Source: Eledone cirrhosa (taxonomy: Eukaryota). Taken from it: 64,000 nt of DNA. The stretch covers positions 313,782,001 through 313,846,000 of the forward strand of contig OZ024743.1 of assembly GCA_964016885.1 (NCBI GenBank), in the 5' to 3' direction. The position numbers and the translations under genes were made by a program. The notes beneath the pieces were generated by a model. The model was not told where the DNA came from. It did not search any database and saw only the letters and a program-made list of their open reading frames with translations. Positions 51,168 through 64,000 of the stretch are shown here, in pieces. Numbering within the stretch: the stretch's first letter is position 1; every line of letters begins with the position of its first letter.

Positions 51168-52575
51168 AAATTTTCACCAGTTGCCCACACATGAAATCAC
51201 ACTTGCTTTCCAGCTCATATAAACTTAACTCACTTTCAAATACATATCCTCCATAAAATTTTATTCTTCACTTTTTTAAAATTATCCTCTTTACAGACTG
51301 CTCTTTCTGATTTACTTTCATTTTTAAATTTATTTTTAATTTTATTTTTATTTTTACTTCACATCAACCAGAACCCCCTCCCCCCACACCTACTTTTCGA
51401 TTCACTTACCTAATATCTTCACATTCCACATTTTACTTCCCCATTTCCTTTCACTACCTCATATCATAGTCACTTGCGTTTTCCATTCCAGATATATTCT
51501 GTTGTTTCGCAGCCGATTTTATATTTGTACTAATTTATTCATATGGCTGATTTATAATCTATATCTATGTGTCTGAGTGTGCTTATGTGTGTATACGTTC
51601 TGTATATGAATACGAACGCCTCCGTATGTGTGCGTGCGTACGTATATATATGTGTGGGTACGTGTGTTTTTATATCTATGTTTTTTTATATCTATGTTTT
51701 TTATATCTATGTTTTTTACATTCTTATTTTTACGTGTGTGTGTATGCGGGTGAATGTATATGTATGTGTATGTATATGTGTATATATGTATATGTATGTG
51801 TGGGCGTGTATGTATATGTGTATATATATATATAGTCGCGTACGTACGTGTGATTAGATATACATGGGGCGATATATATATATACGTGCCTCGTGTGTAT
51901 GTATGTACGCATGCATGCGCTTTTGTCTGTACGTATTTGTGTGTATAAATATGTTTATATATATATATGTGTATGTACGTGCGTACCTATGTATGTTTTC
52001 TTTTCTCTGGTGTAAATTGATTTCTTTCTCTTTGATTTAAAAGGTTTTCATTCTCATATATTGTTTCATTTTTATACATATATCGAGAATGACACTTCAT
52101 TTTACTATTACACTCCCTTCCCTCTTTATCTTCCGCATATAAGTGACCGCGCGTGTATATGTGATTATACGCGTGCTTTCATACTCGTATGTGTATTGAA
52201 TACCTGTATCTGGATATGATCATACATTTTCTTTTTCAACTCATATTATATACGTATTTGTGGTCATATATACACAAATATACTTGCCCTCATATATGTA
52301 CTTACGCACACATTTTCACCATACACATGCATTTGTACATACACACATATGTACATTTGTGAGTGTATATACATACATATACAAATACCCTAACTATATT
52401 TCCTTATATTTTTTTTATATATCTCTTTCATTACTTCTATTTATATATTTTTTGCTTTTGTTGAGGAGACTTTCCAAATATTTGTCTATGTTTTAAATTG
52501 CCTTGTCCGACGAACGAATGAGAACGTTTTTTGTATTCGTCTTATTCGGGAAACCTCTGGTAATGAGGTAATTAT
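51168..52575 (+). mobile_element. 5'-truncated PLE 3' end (same family as 53516-54777) with long 3'UTR and terminal HHR at 52501-52568
   Basis: 51168-51297 matches 54651-54777 (IFTSCPHMKSHLLS*); ccttgt-CCGACGA-acgaatgaga..tcttattcgg-GAAA-cc tct gg-TA-atgagg. Confidence 0.75.
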
Positions 52576-52594
52576 ATTGTATTGTTTATTATAC

Positions 52595-54777
<2,183 letters not shown>

Positions 54778-54784
54778 AATTTGC

Positions 54785-55055
54785 CACTTGACCAAGGAGG
54801 CAGCGAATTTTTCAGTGCTTAGAATCTAGCCCCGCTCGATTTTTTCGCTTTTTTCCATCCACTGAATTATTGTTATATAAGCTTCCAGTGTCCCCGCATT
54901 GCCTGGTGGCTCAGCTGAGAATAGACTCCCTGATGACGTAAGGCTTCTCTACAGGTATTACATAACTGTATTTATCCCCTTACAGAAACTAATTAGTTGG
55001 AGTGAAATTTTAGTAAGTAAGTCAATTTTCATAACTTTCTTATTTACGTCTTTCA
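54785..55055 (+). ncRNA. Diverged partial copy of the 552-bp unit with hammerhead at 54925-55003
   Basis: actcc-CTGATGA-cgtaagg..tacag..ctgta..ccttaca-GAAA-ctaattag-TT-ggagt. Confidence 0.88.
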
Positions 55056-55056
55056 T

Positions 55057-55122
<66 letters not shown>

Positions 55123-55262
55123 TATAGAGTAAAGCATGTTCAGAGAATTATTTGATAATATATATATACATCATCTCTATTTCTTCATAGATGCCTTTTA
55201 TTCTTATAGCCTGTTCTAATTGATTTTTGTGTGGTTAATTATGCTGATTGGGAGTAGAGATG

Positions 55263-55333
<71 letters not shown>

Positions 55334-55627
55334 CAAATAATTCTTTGGACATGCTTTACTCTATAGTATTGTGCTCTGATTATTTAATTTATTAATTCTT
55401 CATTGAGCCACATCGTGAAAAGTTGCCAAAACCCATATATAACAGTGACTTTTTTTAATTGGTGTTTGTGTAAAGATCCCGTTAAGGGTGAAAGCACCGA
55501 TTCTATGCTTAAACTTTAATCTGTTATTTTAATAAATAATAGCTCTACGGTTCTTATATATTTGATATATATTTACACTTATCAAGCGCCCTATTTGGAT
55601 TTTAGTCTTCAAATTTATTATTATTAC

Positions 55628-55750
<123 letters not shown>

Positions 55751-55812
55751 ACATATACATATACATATACATAAACATATATATATACATATACATATAT
55801 ATATATACATAT

Positions 55813-55879
<67 letters not shown>

Positions 55880-55882
<3 letters not shown>

Positions 55883-56282
55883 GATATTAAACAAATGGAA
55901 ACTACATTTATAAAACCATATTTATTTCATTATATATATTTCAGGGATATCATATTAAAAATATGGTATGCCCTCTTCAGACAAAATACAATATATAAAC
56001 AGTTTTATAAATAAATTTTACATACCTTAAAACTTTACAACTTCCATTTAAAAAGTTGTTATGGTAGTGAAAATGTTAAGGACAGTTAGAAAGAAAGACG
56101 GAGAGAAAAAAAAAGAAAGAAAGTGTATAGTGCTAAGGACAGTTAGAGAGAAAGGTGAAGAAGATGAAGAAATGTATGTAAAGAAGAAAACAACAGAGCG
56201 AAATAGAGAGAGAGAGATATAGGAGAGAGAAATATTGAGGAGGTGAAAAATGAATAACGTACAAATGAGAGATTTAGGAGGG

Positions 56283-56315
<33 letters not shown>

Positions 56316-58860
56316 GTTATAGTGTTAAGGATACGGAGAGAAATAAAAATAAAAATAAATAAAGAGAGGTAGAAAGAGATATAGGTGGTGGGAGAAAAAG
56401 AGGTAGATCGAGTAATATCTATTATACGAGGTGGGAGAGATAGGGGAGGGGTGAGATACAGGAGGTAGAGTTAAAACAGCCGATACATAAGTCCCGTCAA
56501 GTGTAGAGGGAGGAGGAGAAGAGATATATTCAGAAATAAAGATGATAGCTTTAAAATATTATGTTTCATCAGTCTATCAATTCTTATGAATTATAATGTA
56601 AATATCAATATTCATGAATGAGACACATATCAATAATGTGTGAAAAAATAATGACTATATGTTTAGTTTAAAAATTCTTAGGTTTATAATCAAAATCTGA
56701 GATAAAATTTAAAAAAAATACTGAAATACATAAGTATATATGTATTTTCATGAAAAAAGTAAAAGAAAAAAGAGAAAGAAAAAGAGAAGATTATCTCAAA
56801 TTCAAGTTGACATTATAGACACACATGTGAGTTTAGGTGATCAGCTCTGTAAATTTTTATTTCACATGAAAATCTTCATTGCGTTACAAAAGATTCTACC
56901 ATACATATATGTACATACATATATATATACATAAAATATACATTATTAATAATAATATTCTTGCCCTCTCTTACATGATTATCGTTCAAGCATAGAATAG
57001 AACAGATATCAATATATTAAACACGCCAAGAATATTTCATTCCCCAGAATATCTAGGGCCGTAAGAAAACACAGTGTGCCCCGCATATCAATCACAGAAA
57101 TCAACTCTTCCAATTTATTTGACAATATATTGCCAAGTTCATTAGAAGCAATCAGAATCAAAAGCAAACAAAACCAAAATTATTCAACAAAACTTATTTA
57201 GCAGAAATCATTAAAAAAAAACCTTAGGATACCCGGTTGTTCTACAGATGCTCTTATATTTATTATAGAAGTTTATCTAGCTTAAAAATTTTATTCAATA
57301 GATTGGGAGCATCACCATTTTAAGGTAGTTTAATTACATCATTAATTATATACTCATGAAGAAGGTTTAAAAAATTGAAGGAATCGAAAGATTTATCGCC
57401 AAGTTTCATAAATAATTAAAAATCTTAAGTAAATATACTACATTTTAAATTTATATTTATATTTAAAAGTTGAGTTCAATCTATGTCTGCAGCAACTGAA
57501 TAAATTGGTCCGTAAATTAAGGGAATTTTTAGATTTTAGTATAAAGAATATCTCCTCCGCGCAGAGGTCACATGTCTCAGAAGAGGAATTAAAAGGAATC
57601 CCTCTTGAGACTATATTCCAAACCATCGAATATCCAACGTTATCATGTTTAAGTTGCCAGAGTAAGCCTGATAGTGATGTTGAAGATTTTTTGTTTGGAT
57701 CCGTGAAAGAATTCTTGTGATTATTATAGCGAAGTTTAAATTCTGTCGAGGTGGAACCAACATAATTAAAAGAATTTAAGTCAGTTTTAACATTACAGTT
57801 GTATATTATATTTTTAACTAAGCAATTGTTATTTAACGGGCATTTAGATCTATCTCTACAGTTACAGTTGTTTACTTGAATATTGTTTAGGCTATTATCG
57901 GTATTTTGGCTAGGTTTTAGATTCCTATTATTTATTCTATTAATATTTTGTGCTAAATTTTTGGTGGACAAGTAGGTTAATTTTATAGTATGTCTATTGA
58001 AAATTGAGTGATACTTATGTGTTCTAGGGAAGCGTTTGTCAAGAGCATTAAAAAATAGTTTAGCGATGTGGGTTTTAATTATATTTCTAGTTCTATTTCT
58101 TTTCTGGTTTTTGGAATTATTGTAATTCTTTCTATTATAGTTGTTAAAGTTGTTACCGTAATTAAAATTGTTGTTATTTTGGTTAGTTTGTCTATTATTA
58201 TCGATGTACATAATTTTATCACTATATCCTGCTCTAGCTAACGCTTCATTGTAATACTGGGCTTTTTGGTCGAAAATATTTTTATTAGATGAGATTCTAG
58301 AGATACGTTTTTGAACAGAGTTCACTATAATATTTTTAACAGATCTGGGGTGGTTGGAGTTAAAGTTGACATAATTCAAGTTTTCATTTAACTTGTGAAA
58401 TGGATAGTGAAGACATGTGTTGAGATTTAATGTTACATCTAGGAAATTGACTATTCTATGGTTATTCTCAATTTCTATTTTTAGATTAAGGTAATTAAAA
58501 AATTGTATAATTTGTTTTCTTTTTCTATTTAGTTCAGAGTTATTATTTTCAATAAGTAAAAGCATGTCATCTCGATATAATCCTCCGGTAACACCGGGTA
58601 TTTTCCTATGCAGCGAATTAATTATAAATAGGCCCACAAGGTCTGTTACCTGAGCTGAGTCAGATGATCCCATAGTAATGTCGAAATTGTTATCTCTATC
58701 TGCCCTAGTCCATAGTTGGTTATTAAATTCTATCAACGTTTTCCTTGCCGATAGTATAGCCGATAGTATAATGTGCATTTCATTGCTAGTTAGGTCTGTA
58801 TGTTTGAATGCGTAATTTATATCAGTTATAAAATATTTACTCGTTGTAACCCAACAATTT
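55880..58860 (-). mobile_element. 5'-truncated YRDD-type PLE with terminal hammerhead at 55923-55988
   Basis: ORF 57438-58778 (FDITMGSSDSAQVTDLVG, GLYRDD, CNCRDRSKCPL, YVGSTSTEFKLRYNNH, CDLC); minus strand tattttgt-CTGAAGA-gggcata..tatccct-GAAA-tatata-TA-atgaaata. Confidence 0.9.
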
Positions 58861-58876
58861 TAAATAAAACTTTTGC

Positions 58877-58917
<41 letters not shown>

Positions 58918-58936
58918 CATATATATATACATATAC

Positions 58937-59117
<181 letters not shown>

Positions 59118-59166
59118 TATAGATAGGTAAATATACACGGGTGTGTATGATTGTGTATAGAAGATT

Positions 59167-60299
59167 ATATTAATAAGAGGAATTCCAACTTTGTCTGATT
59201 TACTCGTTTTATTTACAATCCTTTAAAATATATATAATGGTATAATAATGAAATAGTATGATAGAATATTAAATTCTAAGTGCTAATTGAACAAGTACTT
59301 TCATGCTTTCGCAATCTTCAGGTTCATGATATGTGGTGACAGTCGAGTTTGCAATTTTCAACTGTAATGAGATGGGTAAATTTCCTACCTTTTATACATT
59401 TTATACAGAGAAAAGTGGCTCCAGAATGCAAAGCCCTGTAAACTGTATTTCGACCAATCAGTGTGTAGTTTCACTGAATTACTACAGCTGATTGGTTTAA
59501 GCGTCACGGCTGGTTGAGCATGCTAACGATCAATAGTCATACCCACTGGAAATGCACTATCGGAACGTGCACGGGTACACCGTCAACAAATCAGAGACCC
59601 AAATGTCCGTCAGATACCGGTAAGCGGCCACCTGGCAACATGTGGTCAGGGAATATTTATAATATTCCCATTCTACAAAATACACATCCCAAGTGAAATC
59701 AAGAGAAAAATCAAAGAAAAGAATTTTATTGATAAATTCAAACCCAAGCTAAATGAACAATAATAATGCCTAGGGGTATTATTTCTACTACCACTATGAC
59801 CACGACCACTAACAACAACAACAACAACAACAACAATAATAATAATAATAATAAAAGTGATGTTGATGGTGATGATTAATAGAAAATGCTATTTTCATCA
59901 TTTCAAAAAGCAAAACAATTGATACGTTGGGTATGACTATTGGTCGTTAGCATGCTCAACCAGCCGTGACGCTTAAACCAATGAGCTGTAGTAATTCAGT
60001 GAAACTACACACTGATTGGTCGAAATACAGTTTACAGGGCTTTGCATTCTGGAGCCACTTTTCTCTGTATAAAATGTATAAAAGGTAGGAAATTTACCCA
60101 TCTCATTACAGTTAAAAATTGCAAACTCGACTGTCACCACATATCATGAACCTGAAGATTGCGAAAGCATGAAAGTACTTGTTCAATTAACACTTAGAAT
60201 TTAATATTCTATCATACTATTTCATTATTATACCATTATATGTATTTTAAAGGATTGTAAATAAAACGAGTAAATCGGACAAAGTTGGAATTCCTCTTA

Positions 60300-60305
<6 letters not shown>
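59167..60305 (+). mobile_element. PLE 3' fragment (GIY-YIG tail near 59625-59763) with ~380-bp inverted terminal copy; HHRs at 59288-59326 (-) and 60147-60185 (+)
   Basis: HLATCGQGIFIIFPFYK..KRKIKEKNFIDKFKPKLN; 59167-59545 is the reverse complement of 59927-60305; tgaac-CTGAAGA-ttgc gaaa gcat-GAAA-gtac-TT-gttca. Confidence 0.88.
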
Positions 60306-60341
<36 letters not shown>

Positions 60342-60489
60342 ATCCGTTAAGGTTGAAAGCAGCGATTCTCAGCTTAAACTTTAATCTGTTATTTTAATAA
60401 ATATTTGCTCTACGGTTCTTATATATTTGATATATATTTACACTTATCAAGCGCCCTATTTGGATTTTAGTCTTCAAATTTATTATTAT

Positions 60490-60572
<83 letters not shown>

Positions 60573-60610
60573 TTCTATATGTATATATATACGTATATAT
60601 ATATATATAT

Positions 60611-60705
<95 letters not shown>

Positions 60706-60734
60706 TATATACATATACATATATATATATACAT

Positions 60735-60830
<96 letters not shown>

Positions 60831-60836
60831 ATATAC

Positions 60837-60895
<59 letters not shown>

Positions 60896-60899
60896 CATG

Positions 60900-61087
<188 letters not shown>

Positions 61088-61233
61088 ATCCGTTAAGGTT
61101 GAAAGCAGCGATTCTCAGCTTAAACTTTAATCTGTTATTTTAATAAATATTTGCTCTACGGTTCTTATATATTTGATATATATTAATCCTAATCGAGCCC
61201 TCTTTGGATTTTAGTATTCAAATTTATTATTAT

Positions 61234-61285
<52 letters not shown>

Positions 61286-61287
61286 AT

Positions 61288-61341
<54 letters not shown>

Positions 61342-61347
<6 letters not shown>

Positions 61348-61932
61348 GTTAAAAGTGTACATCTACATATGTATACTGAAATACTAGTATGCATATAAAT
61401 ACACACATGTATACATGTTAGAAGCGAAACGAAATTTAATTTCGTTTCGTTATTTGTTTTTATCGTTTCCGCTGAACCGGTGCGTACAATGACTCACGTT
61501 CTATGCAAATTAGTCTGCCCACTACTAATTTTCATAGAAAAAGCATATAACGATATGTGCTTTTACGATTCTCTAGAGAAGCCGGAAGATGGGTTATATT
61601 GCTGATGAGATGTAATAACATCGAAACTAGTCCAATATTCCTGTCTGGCTCTCTGGAGAATAGAGGAAATGTGTTTCCTTGAAAACCCGTATGACTCTAA
61701 AACCCGGTTTGTCTGTTTGGTTACATACAGACTAGCTGGACATTCACAGTAAAGTGTCCAGTGAAAAACTCAGTACATATACATATGTATACATGTGTGT
61801 ATTTATATGCATACTAGTATTTCAGTATACATATGTAGATGTACACTTTTAACTTAATTGTTTAAGCGTCAGTCATACAAAAGTGAGTTAGAAGCGAAAC
61901 GAAATTTAATTTCGTTTCGTTATTTGTTTTTA
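61342..61932 (+). mobile_element. ORF-less 470-bp HHR monomer with 46-bp terminal direct repeat and ~75-bp 5' inversion (retrozyme-like, octamer family)
   Basis: 61417-61462 matches 61887-61932; 61342-61416 is the reverse complement of 61784-61859; (TA)n flanks. Confidence 0.88.
61596..61638 (+). ncRNA. Canonical type I hammerhead (GUC)
   Basis: atattg-CTGATGA-gatgt aata acatc-GAAA-ctag-TC-caatat; all stems perfect. Confidence 0.95.
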
Positions 61933-62007
61933 TATATATATGTATATATATATATATAGAATATAGATATAGATTACAATAATCAAAGTTCAGTTTAAAT
62001 CATTTAT

Positions 62008-62056
62008 TTGCTTACAATTGTTTCCTCCAAACCGAGGTTTGGGTTCTTCGGAGCAA
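62008..62056 (-). ncRNA. Type I hammerhead, CCGAAGA core
   Basis: Minus strand: ttgct-CCGAAGA-ac ccaaacc tc ggtttgg ag-GAAA-caattg-TA-agcaa. Confidence 0.85.
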
Positions 62057-62199
62057 CTATTTAGTGATCTATAACATACTTGACCTCCTTTTCAACACAA
62101 GAGACATATAAAAACATATGCACACATTGATCCACAGTGGGATTACATACATCAAAATGATATAGCATGGCAATTTACATATAAAGGTTAAAGGATAAT

Positions 62200-63050
62200 A
62201 AAAAAAAAAAAAAAAAAAACTAAAAAAAACTAAAAAAAAAAACTAAAAAAAAAAAAAAATAAAAATAAAAATAAAAATAAATATAAAAATAAAAATAAAA
62301 ATAAAAATAAAAATAAAAATAAAAATAAAAATAAAAATAAAAATAAAAATAAAAATAAAAATAAAAATAAAAATAAAAATAAAAATAAAAATAAAAATAA
62401 AAATAAAAATAAAAATAAAAATAAAAATAAAAATAAAAATAAAAATAAAAATAAAATTAAAAATAAAAATAAAAATAAAAATAAAAATAAAAATAAAAAT
62501 AAAAATAAAAATAAAAATAAAAATAAAAATAAAAATAAAAATAAAAATAAAAATAAAAATAAAAATAAAATAAAAAATAAAAATAAAAATAAAAATAAAA
62601 ATAAAAATAAAAATAAAAATAAAAATAAAAATAAAAATAAAAATAAAAATAAAAATAAAAATAAAAATAAAAATAAAAATAAAAATAAAAATAAAAATAA
62701 AAATAAAAATAAAAATAAAAATAAAAATAAAAATAAAAATAAAAATAAAAATAAAAATAAAAATAAATATAAAAATAAAAATAAAAATAAAAATAAAAAT
62801 AAAAATAAAAATAAAATTAAAAATAAAAAAAATAAAAATAAAAATAAAAATAAAAATAAAAATAAAAATAAAAATAAAAATAAAAATAAAAATAAAAATA
62901 AAAATAAAAATAAAAATAAAAATAAAAATAAAAATAAAAATAAAAATAAAAATAAAAATAAAAATAAAAATAAAAAATAAAAATAAAAATAAAAATAAAA
63001 ATAAAAATAAAAATAAAAATAAAAATAAAAATAAAAATAAAAATAAAAAT
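62200..63050. repeat. Poly(A) grading into an (AAAAAT)n hexamer tract, ~850 bp
   Basis: Directly visible. Confidence 0.97.
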
Positions 63051-64000
63051 GAAGCATTGGCAGTTTATGAAGATAAAGCAAGAGGAAAGTTTAGAGTAGT
63101 CAGTGTATGAAACAATCACACGTGTAGCATGCACGCGTGTCTTATTTATACATGATTAGAGTGCGTCAGAATGTTACTTGCAGGGTCAGGCAGTTGAAGC
63201 AGGCAATCGATATTATTATGTGGGCTGAATTATTAAATCATTTTTTCGCATACACCTGTATGATACACAGTCCCGAATGTAGAGAAATACCAAAATATCA
63301 AAAATATCAAACATATTATAAAACATATTATATCGTAGGCAAAACAGTACCACTGTCTTCGCGCACACCACCACTCACATAATCCATGAGACGCAATACA
63401 TAGACCACGGGTCTATCATATAATTCACGATGGTTCGGCATATAACCAAGTTATAAACCGTATGTTGTCGATTCTTAATTAATAGATCATGTTTAGTTTT
63501 GTGTGATGATATTATATTCCGGAAGTGTGTGTATGACCAAGGGGAATTAATGCGTAAGGAGAGGTAACTCGCTGGTTTTCTTAGTTAAATTTATTATCCT
63601 AAATTACATTAATGGTGTTTCAAATAAGTGCCTATCATATGCTGTTATAACTAATTTCTAGATTATGTTACTTATCTATAGGTTACAGTGTTGTCTATTA
63701 AGAAGTACTAAAGGTGTATATATCAGGATGATTACCTTCTATTAAGGGGTGTCATATCTGAACATTCTATAAGAAGAGTCAGACCCCCAAATCAAAGTTC
63801 TTTGTAAGTGTAATTCCTCCTGCAGGACCTGGCATGGTCCTATCATTATATATGACTCCCGGTAAGCTCTGGGTCATTGTATGTCTGAATCCTTGGTAAA
63901 TCTGAATATCTCCAGGGTGGTCTGGAGATCAAATTTCTCATATAAAGACACCAGTCTGGCCATCAAGCAATAGATAAACTCCCATCTCATATATAAATTA

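Overview
This is AT-rich, repeat-dense animal genomic DNA with no recognisable host gene. The SINE types and (TA)n density suggest a cephalopod such as Octopus (inference). 1-21.3 kb is a nest of non-LTR retrotransposons built on (TAA)n: two RLE-type R4/Dong-like families (+) and three L1/Tx1-like copies (-). The Tx1 copies share a near-identical 3' end but carry different ORF1/5'UTR modules. All three have a GGTAAGT splice-donor consensus at the ORF1 stop, and a 52-59 nt intron there would join ORF1 to ORF2 in frame. 22.8-62.1 kb is a (TA)n field colonised by Penelope-like elements (PLEs): one open 898-codon RT+GIY-YIG ORF with 262-bp pseudo-LTRs, one decayed Neptune-like copy and three decayed YRDD-type copies. 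The same field holds many ORF-less 280-580 bp units. By eye I found about 25 type I hammerhead ribozyme (HHR) motifs in about 14 unrelated sequence families, which the ORF track does not show. Several sit in non-coding monomers inserted as more than one unit, at different permutation points, with PLE-style 5' inversions. That is the pattern expected of circular-RNA 'retrozymes' parasitising PLEs. Many cores are non-canonical (CCGANGA, CAGAAGA, U-U or C-A at the base of stem II). All folds and alignments were done by eye, and coordinates may be off by a few bases.
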